From Bradymonadia bacterium (GTDB lineage Bacteria; Myxococcota_A; Bradymonadia; UBA7976; UBA1532): a stretch of 64,000 nucleotides of DNA. The translations under genes were made by a program, and so were the position numbers. Where the stretch lies: contig JBKAGE010000037.1 of the NCBI GenBank assembly GCA_046290225.1, forward strand, positions 96,001-160,000, written 5' to 3'. The notes beneath the pieces were generated by a model. The model did no database searches. It was not told where the DNA came from and saw only the letters and a list, made by a program, of their open reading frames with translations. Positions 1 to 10,297 of this stretch are shown here, one piece after another; the stretch's first letter is position 1; every line of letters starts with the position of its first letter.

Positions 1-1880
1 GCCCAGCCCAACTCGTTGGGGGTGAGTGTATAGGTCAAGATTCGATTGAGGCCCGGGTTCCGGAAGCTCACCTGACGCGGGCCACCGGATCGGCCCCAGA
101 GCGAGAGCGAGGACTCGGGTGTGACCTCATCACTGAAGACCACCTGGGTGATCCTCGGCGCCCTGCCCTCCATCGGCCGCCCGTAACCGTCCCGGTGGAA
201 CACGCGCATCGTCCGTTGTGGCGCATCTTCAGCGGTGAAGTCGTGGTGGATCGTCACCAACTCGATGCGGTCATCGATCCACAACACGCCAGGGGGCGGT
301 GTGTCTGGATCGACCCTCAGATGATCGAGGCCCATGTCTTCGATGTTGGTGGCTCCTTGCCCGGGGGTGATCGTGGTGCGGAGCATCTCTGGCCGGCCAC
401 CCAAATCGCCGTCGAGCAACTCTCGATACTGATCCACCAGCACAAAGGCGGTCACCACGTCGAGATCGACGCCGTTGTCGTCGACAGTGGCACCGGTGGC
501 GATAAGGTGGCGGGGGGTGCCGAAGAAGTTGTCTTCTGTGGGTAGACCTACGTCTTGGGTGCCGGGGGCCAACGTCAATGAGATCACCTGGTGGTTGTTC
601 CCGATGATGCCATCACTCCGGACCGCGACCACCACCGCCTGCTGACCCACGACGACCACGTCTACATGGGTGAAGGCGTCACTGCCGATGATCAAACGCT
701 GCTGTGCATCGCTCACCCCTTGGGGGGTATCGAACCAGTAGTAGAGATCACCGTCGTCGATCCATGCCACAGCGACCAGGCCATTGGCAGCGTCCACCGC
801 CAGGGCACTCATGTCCTGGATCGGCGCTGAAGGGATCACCCGCCCTGGCGTCGGGGTCGCGTTGCCACAGCCCCGAGGACAGCCCAGCTCCGGCGCCTCG
901 AACAGCTCATAGTAATAACCTTCGTCACACGTGTACTCGCACTGGCTCAGCCCTTCCCCGGCAACACACTCGGTGGAGGCAACGTTGAGCAGATCATTCA
1001 CTGGGCAAAGTTGCTCCGGGGGGGCTTCGTCGGGCTGGCCATCACAATCATCGTCGAGGCCATTGCACAGTTCCTCTGAGGGATCACCAGGGGTGCAGAC
1101 GTTGACCTGCTCCCTGTCGACGCACTGGATGCTGCCCGTCGCTCGACATACACCCACACCACAGGTGATCTCGACCGAGACATAGCCCTCATCGACCAGC
1201 CCGTCACAATCCTCATCCACGCCATTGCAGGTCGCGTCGACTTCGTCTTCCCCTGGCTCTTCTGCCTGCGCGTCGCACACCTGCTCTCCTTCGAGACATA
1301 TCAACTCGCCTTCAGCTCGGCACAGACCGATGCCCGCAAAACATGGCTCACCTGGAGGCACATAGTCTTCGTCGAACCGGTTGTCGCAGTCATCGTCCAG
1401 GCCATTGCACAGATCAGGCTGGCCGGCGCCAGGACATGCAGCATCGGGTATACCCACATCTGGCAGCTCAGCATCTGGTAGCTCAGCATCGGGTATACCC
1501 ACATCTGGCAGCGCCATATCAGGCACATCGGCGTCGGGCAGCAGAGCGTCAGGCGCGTCCACCCTCATGTCCGACATACCCTCATCAGGGGCTGCAGCAT
1601 CAGATGTAGCGGCATCTGGCACGTCAGAGTCCCGCAGGGGCGGGTCTTCCACCTCGGCATCCTCCGCCTGCATGGCGTCGGTGTCGGGCCCTATGTCCCC
1701 TACCCCCTCTTCCGGCAGATCAGCCGAGTCCTGCTCGCCATGGATGGGCGTGCAGATGCCCACGGAGAGCACGCAGTACTGCTCTCGCGGACACACGCTG
1801 TCATCTTCACATTGCGTCTCGAACTCCGGAGAGCAGGCCACGCATGCGAGCACATACACTATGAGGAGGAGACGTCTCAC
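1..1880 (-). CDS. Cys/Asp-repeat (MopE-like putative metal-binding motif) lipoprotein, paralog 1; 3' end runs off the window
   Basis: Absent from the ORF track because no stop falls in the window. Manual translation from GTG at 1880 gives MRRLLLIVYVLACVACSPEFETQCEDDSVCP..., a PD(A/V) linker, three CNG(L/V)DxDCDxxxDE motifs and CDEGYYY...GCPRGC. Frame spot-checked, not checked at every codon. Confidence 0.85.
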   Translation of the reverse strand, partial: MRRLLLIVYVLACVACSPEFETQCEDDSVCPREQYCVLSVGICTPIHGEQDSADLPEEGVGDIGPDTDAMQAEDAEVEDPPLRDSDVPDAATSDAAAPDEGMSDMRVDAPDALLPDADVPDMALPDVGIPDAELPDAELPDVGIPDAACPGAGQPDLCNGLDDDCDNRFDEDYVPPGEPCFAGIGLCRAEGELICLEGEQVCDAQAEEPGEDEVDATCNGVDEDCDGLVDEGYVSVEITCGVGVCRATGSIQCVDREQVNVCTPGDPSEELCNGLDDDCDGQPDEAPPEQLCPVNDLLNVASTECVAGEGLSQCEYTCDEGYYYELFEAPELGCPRGCGNATPTPGRVIPSAPIQDMSALAVDAANGLVAVAWIDDGDLYYWFDTPQGVSDAQQRLIIGSDAFTHVDVVVVGQQAVVVAVRSDGIIGNNHQVISLTLAPGTQDVGLPTEDNFFGTPRHLIATGATVDDNGVDLDVVTAFVLVDQYRELLDGDLGGRPEMLRTTITPGQGATNIEDMGLDHLRVDPDTPPPGVLWIDDRIELVTIHHDFTAEDAPQRTMRVFHRDGYGRPMEGRAPRITQVVFSDEVTPESSLSLWGRSGGPRQVSFRNPGLNRILTYTLTPNELGW

Positions 1881-2014
1881 TGACCCTTCTTTCACCTCGT
1901 GAGAGCTTCACACTCTCAGAATCCACGCTTCCGCTCACCAGCGACACACACAGGTGCATCGCGGTTGCGAAAGTACGCCGACAAGGCAGTCTAATCAAAG
2001 GTCAGTCAGGGACA

Positions 2015-4150
2015 TCAATGACAGGTGATCTCGGCGAAGCGCAGAACAGCAGCTTCTCCAGGGGCATCAGCGCCGGGGTTGTCGTCGACCCAGACAGCCG
2101 CGAGCCGCCCACCGCCGAGTGAGGTGAGCGTACCCCAAACAGGTCCGTTTGTTTCCCCTTGGAACAACCGCGTTGCCCGACCATCCAGGCCCGGTGCATA
2201 GGCAGTGGGTTCCATGCGTTCGCGGGTGTTGTTGAACGCCATCTCCACATCGCTGAGCACCCAGAGCGAGCGGCCACCAAGCCTTTGGGCGTAGGCCACC
2301 ATCCATCGCTCACCGGTGTAGATTGGTTGCAGCCCACCGGAGATATTGATCGGGCCACGGCCCGAGTTCGAGAAGCTCCAGCTCTCACTCTCAGGATCGT
2401 AATTGAGCATGTAGAGGATCATGGGCTGGAAGCCCTCGCCGACATAGACCAGCAAACGCTCCGATGCATCACCAGGCTGCCCACCCAGTACGAGGTCGGA
2501 ATCGCTCGCATCAGGTCGCTCTGCAGGCAGAAGGATCTCATTGAACAGCCGCTCTGAGGCTGCAGGGGGACCATCGTCGGCGATCTGGATGTTGGCCACT
2601 CGATCGTAGAAGTGCAGCCACCAGACCCGGGGCTCGTCGTCATCGGAGAAACCCACACTCTGTATACGATCGCCCGAAGTCCACATGCCCATGGCCAGGG
2701 CGTTCTCGCCGAGGACCGGCATCTCGAGCTCGAGCGGCTGCACCACGGGGACGAACTGCCCTGGATTGATCAACATCTGAGCCGAGAGATTCTCTCCGTT
2801 GTCCCCCTCGGTGAGGGCATACGCCACCACATACGTCTGCGCGCCCACGTCCACGACCCCAAGGGTGAAACGTCGGATGTGCCCGGGGAAGTTCGATCGC
2901 GTGCTTCTCGTGATGTTGCCGCTCCCGTCGATCTCGTAGATCGTCAGGCGGGTGTCTCCAGTGGCGGCATTGCTGGCCAGCACACCGATGAACATCGACT
3001 GCGCATAGGCCACGACCTCTACCTGCAGGTGCCCTCTGCCCTCATCGAGGGCCACCGCCCGAACCGGAGTGATGGTGCCGTCGGCTCCACGCACCAGATA
3101 TTTCACCTGGGCGCCGTCGAGCCACGCCACCACGAACTGGTCATTCGACGAGGCCACAGCCAGGTCTCGAACGTTCTCCAGCGTCAACGGCGCCAGCACC
3201 TCGCCTCCAGCCTGCATACCAGTGAGATCACACCCTCGCTCACACCCGTCACTGTCATCGAGGAAGAGGTCGCTGTTGGGATCTGTGAACCCTTCGATGC
3301 ACGCGTAATCACACACATCTCCGCCTTCCGGGCACTCAGAGGTGGCGTTCGCCTTTGGCGCGCAAATGGGTGACTCCGGACGATCTTCATCGGAGGCACC
3401 GTCACAATCATCGTCGAGCCCGTTACACGTCTCGGGGCTCGCAGGGCCCTCGACGACTGGCAAACGAGTCACCTCGTCCAGACACGCAACAGCAGAGTCT
3501 CGACAGACCTCGACCCCCTCGACGCTGCACACCCCCAACCCGACAGTACATGACGAGCCATCGACGAAGCCCTCGTCGGCTCGACCATCGCAGTCATCAT
3601 CTCGTCCATCACATGTGGTGTCGGGCGTGGGCCCACCGACAGGACACGGAATCTCTGCGTCAGGGACCTCCATATCGGGGATCTCTGCGTCGGGCACCTG
3701 CATGTCGGGCACCTCGACATCAGGTGACATGGCGTCGGGGATCTCCATGTCGACGTCACCCATGTCTGGCATCTCGGCATCTGGCTCGCCCATGTCGGGC
3801 AACATGGCATCTGGTGGCAACGCATCATCGGAGATCTCCATATCGGGGATCTCCATGTCGGCCTCACCCATGTCCGGGCTGCCCATGTCCAGAGGACCCA
3901 TGTCTGCCGTCACCATGCTCGCGTCGTCTGGCAAGGCGGCATCATCGGTCGAGGCATCTGGCTCATCGACGCCCACCCCGAGATCGGGAGACATGATCAG
4001 CGCTGAGGTGCACAGCCCCACACGGGTCACACAGGCAGGCGCAGCAGGTGGGCAATCATTGTCGCTGCTGCACTCCGTTTCAAAGCTCGCAGTGCACCCC
4101 ACAATGCACGTACCGAGCAGCAAAAAGACTGACAGATGGCGTGTGAGCAC
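2015..4150 (-). CDS. Cys/Asp-repeat lipoprotein, paralog 2
   Basis: Signal peptide with lipobox IVGC, N-terminal CSSDNDCP module, PDM/PDA pentapeptide linker, two CxGxDDDCDGxxDE motifs, GCERGCD, then a beta-rich C-terminal domain. AGGAG RBS precedes the GTG. Confidence 0.9.
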   Translation of the reverse strand: MLTRHLSVFLLLGTCIVGCTASFETECSSDNDCPPAAPACVTRVGLCTSALIMSPDLGVGVDEPDASTDDAALPDDASMVTADMGPLDMGSPDMGEADMEIPDMEISDDALPPDAMLPDMGEPDAEMPDMGDVDMEIPDAMSPDVEVPDMQVPDAEIPDMEVPDAEIPCPVGGPTPDTTCDGRDDDCDGRADEGFVDGSSCTVGLGVCSVEGVEVCRDSAVACLDEVTRLPVVEGPASPETCNGLDDDCDGASDEDRPESPICAPKANATSECPEGGDVCDYACIEGFTDPNSDLFLDDSDGCERGCDLTGMQAGGEVLAPLTLENVRDLAVASSNDQFVVAWLDGAQVKYLVRGADGTITPVRAVALDEGRGHLQVEVVAYAQSMFIGVLASNAATGDTRLTIYEIDGSGNITRSTRSNFPGHIRRFTLGVVDVGAQTYVVAYALTEGDNGENLSAQMLINPGQFVPVVQPLELEMPVLGENALAMGMWTSGDRIQSVGFSDDDEPRVWWLHFYDRVANIQIADDGPPAASERLFNEILLPAERPDASDSDLVLGGQPGDASERLLVYVGEGFQPMILYMLNYDPESESWSFSNSGRGPINISGGLQPIYTGERWMVAYAQRLGGRSLWVLSDVEMAFNNTRERMEPTAYAPGLDGRATRLFQGETNGPVWGTLTSLGGGRLAAVWVDDNPGADAPGEAAVLRFAEITCH

Positions 4151-4335
4151 TTGATCTCACTCCTAGAGGCCAGCTCGAAAGACCGTCACAACGTCGTCCT
4201 TCGGGCAGTGGCAAACGCGCAGCATCTGGAAGGACTGGACAGAGTCCTTCGACACCGCAATGCGCTCAATTGGCACAAAATCCGTATTTTGATGCAAATC
4301 GGCGAGGAGAGGGCTCAAGCTGAGGGCCTCAAACG

Positions 4336-6849
4336 CTACTCACAGATCATTTGTCCCAGACGGATCTGGCCTGTGGCGCCATTCACCGGCACATCCAAAG
4401 GCGAGGTCCACACCATCCGGAGTGTGTCGGCCCCGATGAACGCCCCGGCACTCTGGAAGTTGCTTCCAACTGTGCTGATCAAGGTCGCCACCCCAAGCTC
4501 ATCGAGATTGGGCTGCAAAAACCGAAGGTTGAGTGCAGAGACGTCTACAGTGCGCGTTGCGTAGAGCTGAATCGGCCCCACCGCGCTGCTGAAGATCTGA
4601 GGACGCCCGATGACTTCGTCTGGTCCTTGGAAGGGGCCGGCAAGGCTAATGTCTGCGTCGAACAGCCGCAGTGTGTAGAGGTGGCCGCTCTCTCCTCGGT
4701 AGGTCACGAGCGGATCCACATTTTCCTGCCCGGCAACGGACCAGATCGAGAGATCACTCGCCGGTGCCACCGACTCGAGCAGAATCTGAGTGAGCTCAGG
4801 TGGCGCCAGAACTTGCCCACCCCCACCGTCTGCATCCCGCCAGAAGTAGTTGAGGCTCGCCCCACCGATTTGAGGCGCGCCCACCGTGACGAGACGGAGC
4901 CCGACGAGGCGACCCACAAAGGCCGCCATGGGAGAGCCTGTACCCACCGGAGGGGGTACGCTCAACAACATCGGTACGAGATCTTCGGCCGTGAGCACAG
5001 GTGCAGATGCGTCGAAGCGCAGCCTCACGATGTCTGCATTGCGACCTCCAAAGTCGAAGACCTGACCGAGGACGAGTCCTTGATGATCGAGTGGCACATC
5101 TGCGTTGTTGGGATCGGCAACCTGCACCTCACCCACGGTCACCGCTGTGACGGGGGCGTTGGCCTCTGCAGAGATCGGCGCAGGCTCCGGCACGTTCGCC
5201 GTCGGAGCCCACACCTTCAATCTGCCTAGTCTATCGGCTCCACCGATCAGGTTTTCTGCAATGGCGATGACGGGCCGCGTGCCCACCATCGCCACATCGA
5301 GATCATCAAAACGACGCCCAGGCGGCGCGGAGATCGTGAAGGGCCCCAATCCACCTTCGCCGGCAACCCCGAGCCAGTACTTCAGCTCACCACCTTCGAA
5401 CCACGCCACGAGGGTCTGCTGGGCATTGCCCGTGACTCTGAGCTCGGACACGTCCGCGAGCACGACATCGCTGATCAAAGCCCCTGGGATCAGGGCGCTG
5501 GCATCGCAGCCGCGTACACACCCGCCTTCATCATCGTTGATGTACCCAGGGATGCATTGGGTGATGCACTCACCACCCACACATACTTGCTGCATGTTCG
5601 GCATGGGCACCACGTCCGCACACAGCTCGACTGCCTGCTCGTCGACACTGCCGTCACAGTCATTGTCCCGGCCATCACACACCTCGTCTTGCGGCAAGAC
5701 CACAGGTATTTCGGTGAAGCACTCCATGCCTTCGGCGTTGCAAATGGTCGTACCGCGACGGACGCAGATGCCCTCACCGATGAGGCACGGTTGATCCGCC
5801 AATTCCTCGTCTACGAGGCCATCGCAATCATTGTCCTGGTCATCACAGATCTCGTCGGTGATGTGCGCCTCTGGGGGTACGTGGGTGAGGCAAAATGCGT
5901 TCCCCTCTGCATCACAGGCGAGCACGCCTGAGTACTCACACGCCTGGACCTGCAACTGACAGGTGTCGCCGATGCCTGGGAAGCCCTCGTCGGTGCGACC
6001 GTCACAATCATTGTCCACCCCATCACACGCCTCGTTCCCGAAGGGATGTGGAGGCGGATCGAGGGGCTCGCATCGAAATGCTTCTTCCACACAGATCCGT
6101 GTGCCTTCGATCTCACATTGACCAAAGGGCGCGTCGAAACACGGACCGAAGCCGCCTTCGTCGATGACACCATCACAATCATTGTCGGCCCCGTCACATT
6201 GCTCTGGTACGGGCTCGCTGACCTCTCTGCCGTCAGCGTCACAGAACAGCGTCTCGCTGCCGTTGCAGATCCAGACGCCGCGGTACTCGCACTCTCCCAA
6301 GCCCATGACACAGGGCAGTTCGAAGCGCTCCAGCTCTTCTTCAGGGACCCGCTCACACTCAGGGGGGAACATGACCTCGGCGTCTGGCACTTCAGCGTCT
6401 GGCACTTCAGCGTCTGGCACCTCGACGTCGGGCATCATCATATCTTCGACATCACCGTCAGGCGCCCCTACATCAGGGGTCTCGGCATCGACCATGCCCT
6501 CATCAGGGGCTTCGCCATCTGAAGGCTCGCTGTCTGGTATCTCGCTGTCAGGGATCTCGCTGTCTGGCAGCTCAGCATCAGACAACGCAGCATCAAAGCC
6601 TTCAGCATCAGAGGCGTCGATCTCCACGCTGACGTCCGACGTCATGAACAGATCAGCATCCTCAGCCCTCTCGGTGTCAGCATCACCGATGCCTGACTTG
6701 AAGCGACTGCACACACCGGCCTCGATGCAAAACGGTGTATGTGACGGACAATCCTCATCAACAGCACACTCGGCCTCCACCTCGGGGGTGCACCCCGTCA
6801 ACGAGAGGCCTGCACAGGCCAGCAGCGTCAAAACCCAGCGTCTCATCAT
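4336..6849 (-). CDS. Cys/Asp-repeat lipoprotein, paralog 3
   Basis: Start moved to MMRRWVLTLLACAGLSLTGC (lipobox LTGC). DSEIP/DAEVP repeats, four CDxxDNDCDGxxDE motifs, GCVRGCD, C-terminus LGQMICE. Confidence 0.9.
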   Translation of the reverse strand: MMRRWVLTLLACAGLSLTGCTPEVEAECAVDEDCPSHTPFCIEAGVCSRFKSGIGDADTERAEDADLFMTSDVSVEIDASDAEGFDAALSDAELPDSEIPDSEIPDSEPSDGEAPDEGMVDAETPDVGAPDGDVEDMMMPDVEVPDAEVPDAEVPDAEVMFPPECERVPEEELERFELPCVMGLGECEYRGVWICNGSETLFCDADGREVSEPVPEQCDGADNDCDGVIDEGGFGPCFDAPFGQCEIEGTRICVEEAFRCEPLDPPPHPFGNEACDGVDNDCDGRTDEGFPGIGDTCQLQVQACEYSGVLACDAEGNAFCLTHVPPEAHITDEICDDQDNDCDGLVDEELADQPCLIGEGICVRRGTTICNAEGMECFTEIPVVLPQDEVCDGRDNDCDGSVDEQAVELCADVVPMPNMQQVCVGGECITQCIPGYINDDEGGCVRGCDASALIPGALISDVVLADVSELRVTGNAQQTLVAWFEGGELKYWLGVAGEGGLGPFTISAPPGRRFDDLDVAMVGTRPVIAIAENLIGGADRLGRLKVWAPTANVPEPAPISAEANAPVTAVTVGEVQVADPNNADVPLDHQGLVLGQVFDFGGRNADIVRLRFDASAPVLTAEDLVPMLLSVPPPVGTGSPMAAFVGRLVGLRLVTVGAPQIGGASLNYFWRDADGGGGQVLAPPELTQILLESVAPASDLSIWSVAGQENVDPLVTYRGESGHLYTLRLFDADISLAGPFQGPDEVIGRPQIFSSAVGPIQLYATRTVDVSALNLRFLQPNLDELGVATLISTVGSNFQSAGAFIGADTLRMVWTSPLDVPVNGATGQIRLGQMICE

Positions 6850-7023
6850 GTTCCAGCGAGATTTAAATGCGCCGCCAGCGTAGTGCGCGGCGACGCACGA
6901 ATCCACCATGGCCCGGATCAAGCGCAGGGCAATCGACTTGCTCGGCCACCTCGTGTCACACTGTCGGGCAATCGAACCTGTCCAGGAGCTTCTCTGGTGT
7001 CACCTCGCAGCTGGCGTCTCGCC

Positions 7024-8001
7024 ATGGCACGTGGCCCCCTCACACTCTGCGTGTGCTGGCTCACCCTCGTATTCTCCATCTGCTTCACCGCCTCGGCGCT
7101 GGCTCAGACACCGAACGATCCCGGTGCGAGAGCACAGCAGCTCTACAGCGAGGGCAAGGCCTTGTACGCCGAGAAGAAGTACAAAGCCGCGGCGGAGAAA
7201 TTCGAAGCAGCCTACGCCTTCGATCCGAACCCCGTGCTGCTCTTCAACCTCGCCCGGGCGTACGAAGAAGCGGGCGAATATCAGAAGGCCACTCAGTGGT
7301 ACGAGGCCTACCTCGCTCGATACCAGGACGACAAAGACGCTGACGCAGTGCGGCACCGGATTCACCTGCTCAAGCAGCTGATCGCCCGGAACAAGCCCGG
7401 CACGCTGCACATCGTCAGCCTGCCTGCGAGCACAGCCCTGAAGTTCAACGGTGTGCCGGCCCCGGCCCCCACCAGCCCGGGGCACTGGTCACTGGCTCCC
7501 GGTGACTACACCCTCGAAGCCCTCGACGCTCAGGGTCAAGTCACGTGGCAGACCAAGGCCAAGATCGACGCCAGCGCCAAGACTGAGGTCATCTTCACCG
7601 CCACCCTCGTGGAGCCTGCGGAGCCCTGGTACAGCTCGGGCACCGGCATCGGCGCCATCAGCCTGCTCAGCGTCGGCGGCCTCGCCCTGCTCGGTGCGGC
7701 CTTCTTCGAACTGCAACAGGCTGGCGCCGAGTCGGACTACGACGATGCACAGTCTGCGCTCCGAAGCGGTGAAGGGGGCCCCGAGGCGGTGTCACGACAC
7801 GAGTCGGCCATCCTCACCGCACGAGATGACGCCGAGCGCTTCGACAGCTGGAGCAACGTCATGTGGATCGCGGGCGGGATTTGTGCCGCCGGTGGCACGG
7901 GGCTGCTGCTCTGGAGCATGAGCGACGATGCGCCTTCCACCGCCCCCTCGGGCAAGATCACTGTGGCCCCCAACGGGCTCTTCTTCACCGGCAGCTTCTG
8001 A
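7024..8001 (+). CDS. Tetratricopeptide-repeat / PEGA-like secreted or membrane protein
   Basis: Signal peptide ending ASALA-Q, TPR motif (AAEKFEAAYAFDPNPVLLFNLARAYEE), PEGA-like GTLHIVSLP segment, two C-terminal hydrophobic helices, terminal GSF. Confidence 0.85.
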   Translation: MARGPLTLCVCWLTLVFSICFTASALAQTPNDPGARAQQLYSEGKALYAEKKYKAAAEKFEAAYAFDPNPVLLFNLARAYEEAGEYQKATQWYEAYLARYQDDKDADAVRHRIHLLKQLIARNKPGTLHIVSLPASTALKFNGVPAPAPTSPGHWSLAPGDYTLEALDAQGQVTWQTKAKIDASAKTEVIFTATLVEPAEPWYSSGTGIGAISLLSVGGLALLGAAFFELQQAGAESDYDDAQSALRSGEGGPEAVSRHESAILTARDDAERFDSWSNVMWIAGGICAAGGTGLLLWSMSDDAPSTAPSGKITVAPNGLFFTGSF

Positions 8002-8030
8002 CGCCAGGCACATCCACCTGCCAGAACACG

Positions 8031-10205
8031 TCAGTCACATTGCATCTGGCCAAACCGCAAGTGGCCATCAGGCTCTCCGGGGGGCGCGTTCTCACGGCGT
8101 GCCGTCCAAATGACGTGGGCAGTGTTTCCCTCTGTGAACTTCATCTGACCCAACATGGCGCTGCCAAGCGGGCTCCGGGCCAGCTCGAGGTTGCCCACGG
8201 GGATCAGAGCATCGTCGAGCAGGTGCACAGTGAAGACATCTTCTGCAGCAGTACGCTGCACGTAGGTCTGAGCCGAGCCACCATCATATTGCAGCATCTG
8301 CACATCACCCACGAGGTTGCCGGGGCCGACGACGGGCCTGCTGATGCCCCAATCTCCATGTGAGATCTCGAAGGTCAGCAGCGTGTCGGTCACCGAGCGG
8401 TAGCTGACGATTGGGTTGAACGGCATGGCGGTGAACGGGCTCCACAACGACAACGGGCTCGCCGGCAGCTCGCTCTCGAGGAGCACATGCTCGCCCACGT
8501 GTTCGACGTTGTTCGCGACAGAGATGCCGTTCACCAACCTCAAATGAAGCTGTAGGGCATGACCGTCATCATCGAGCTCGGCGACAGAGACCACCTGAGA
8601 CTGAATCGGGCTGTTGGCGGCCACACCAGGCATCACAGGCAAGAGCGGGCGCTGAGGCGTACCCAGAGCCATGGGGCTCAACTGAGAGAGCGGGTCGAGC
8701 TCAGTGAGGAGATCGACCTCGACGACGAACGCTCCAGCAGGGGTCACGTCTCCCGGGCCCTTGAGCACAGTCACCATGACCAGAGAGGCGTTGCCACCAC
8801 CTTCTTGCCCGCCCCCGAAAATCGGGAAGAACTGTGTCGCCGTGACCCCCAGCACCGGGCCGTCGATCGGCAACGTGATGGGCACACCTGCGTGGGTGGG
8901 GTTGTTGGCCAGATAGAAGGTCAACGCGCCGGGTAGATCAGGGTCTTGCTCATTGGTTTGAGCCCCCACTACCAGCAAGTCACCGAACGTCGTCACCTCT
9001 GCCGCCACGTCAGTGAAGGCAAAGCCCGGCTCAGGTCTCAGGGGGTTGAGATTCGACGGAAGTTGTTGATTGGCCTGATGCCACTGCCAACCATGTACCG
9101 CCCCTGACTCGACCCAGGCCGCGACAGCTCTGTTGTTGTCATAGTCGAAGGCGAGCTTTTCCACGGCCTGTAGATCCACCTCACGTACCACGGTGAAGTC
9201 TGACAGCGCTTCGAGATCACACCCTCGCGTACAGCCAGCGGAACCGTCGGGCAGGAAGTAGCCAGGCACGCATTCCACAATGCACGCCGAGGCGACACAG
9301 GCATTGCGCATATTGGGTGGCGGCGGGCTCTCGTTGCAGATCTCCGATCCGTCTTCGTCGGTGTTGCCGTCACAGTCGTCATCGAGCCCGTTACAGATCT
9401 CGTCTCCGGGCACGATCGGCCCCTGCTCCACCACACATGCCCGAACCCCGTTGTTGCACTCGATGCTCCCCTCGCGCGCGCACTCTCCTAAATCGACCTC
9501 ACAGGGCTCACCGTTCAGCGCCTCGTCGCTGTTGCCGTCACAATCGTTGTCCACATTGTCGCAGATCTCAGGCCGTGGCTCTGGCGCGGCATCCTCGGAC
9601 TCACACACCAGTGTGCCCATGCCCGAGCACACCAGACGCCCTGCGTGTCTGCATGCACCGATGCCGAGCGTGCAGGGATCACCCAACATACGCAGCAACT
9701 CTTCGGACACCCCCTCACAGCTTGGTGGCTGCATATCGGGGCGCTCTGCGTCGGGCACCTCGGCATAGGGGATCTCTACATCGGGTACCTCGACATCAGG
9801 CTCGGCGGCATCTGGTATCTCGGCATCTGGCATCTCGATGGGCCCCAGATCTGGTGCGAGTGCCATGTCAGGCTCTGCCGGACGGGCATCCATGCCCCCC
9901 TGATCAGGGTCGACAGGCTCGGCGTCGATGCCTGTATCCGGCGGGGCCAGATCACGCACCTCCATGTCCAGATCACCATCAGGGGTCATCTGTCGACCGC
10001 CATCGCGGGTCAGCGCATCTTCTGGGGGGTTGACGATCTCGGCATCGGCCCCAGCGATCGTGCAGATGCCCACTTCGATCAAACAGACCGGGGTCCGCAC
10101 CGGACAATCACCGTCTGACGTGCATTCGGCCTCTACATCTGCGGTGCAGCTCGCCAGCCAGAGGGGCGAGCTGCCCAGCAATGTCAGCAACAAACGTCTC
10201 ATCAT
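8031..10205 (-). CDS. Cys/Asp-repeat lipoprotein, paralog 4
   Basis: Start moved to MMRRLLLTLLGSSPLWLASC (lipobox LASC). PD repeats, two CxxxDxDCDGxxDE motifs, GCTRGCD, C-terminus FGQMQCD. Confidence 0.9.
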   Translation of the reverse strand: MMRRLLLTLLGSSPLWLASCTADVEAECTSDGDCPVRTPVCLIEVGICTIAGADAEIVNPPEDALTRDGGRQMTPDGDLDMEVRDLAPPDTGIDAEPVDPDQGGMDARPAEPDMALAPDLGPIEMPDAEIPDAAEPDVEVPDVEIPYAEVPDAERPDMQPPSCEGVSEELLRMLGDPCTLGIGACRHAGRLVCSGMGTLVCESEDAAPEPRPEICDNVDNDCDGNSDEALNGEPCEVDLGECAREGSIECNNGVRACVVEQGPIVPGDEICNGLDDDCDGNTDEDGSEICNESPPPPNMRNACVASACIVECVPGYFLPDGSAGCTRGCDLEALSDFTVVREVDLQAVEKLAFDYDNNRAVAAWVESGAVHGWQWHQANQQLPSNLNPLRPEPGFAFTDVAAEVTTFGDLLVVGAQTNEQDPDLPGALTFYLANNPTHAGVPITLPIDGPVLGVTATQFFPIFGGGQEGGGNASLVMVTVLKGPGDVTPAGAFVVEVDLLTELDPLSQLSPMALGTPQRPLLPVMPGVAANSPIQSQVVSVAELDDDGHALQLHLRLVNGISVANNVEHVGEHVLLESELPASPLSLWSPFTAMPFNPIVSYRSVTDTLLTFEISHGDWGISRPVVGPGNLVGDVQMLQYDGGSAQTYVQRTAAEDVFTVHLLDDALIPVGNLELARSPLGSAMLGQMKFTEGNTAHVIWTARRENAPPGEPDGHLRFGQMQCD

Positions 10206-10297
10206 GTTCCAGTGGTGCTTCAGCCTGGCGCCAGAGTAGCTGCCAGCTTCGCCTGAATCCACTCAGACCGTGTCACCCTCGAACGGGCTCGGCGCCC

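Noticed and set aside
4229..4250. Hairpin GAAGGACT/AGTCCTTC as an intrinsic terminator
   Set aside because: No U-tract on either strand. It may be an operator or stability element, but that is unsupported.
4271..4286. TGGCAC sigma54-like motif
   Set aside because: There is no GC at -12 (it reads CCGT), and it points away from the downstream minus-strand gene.
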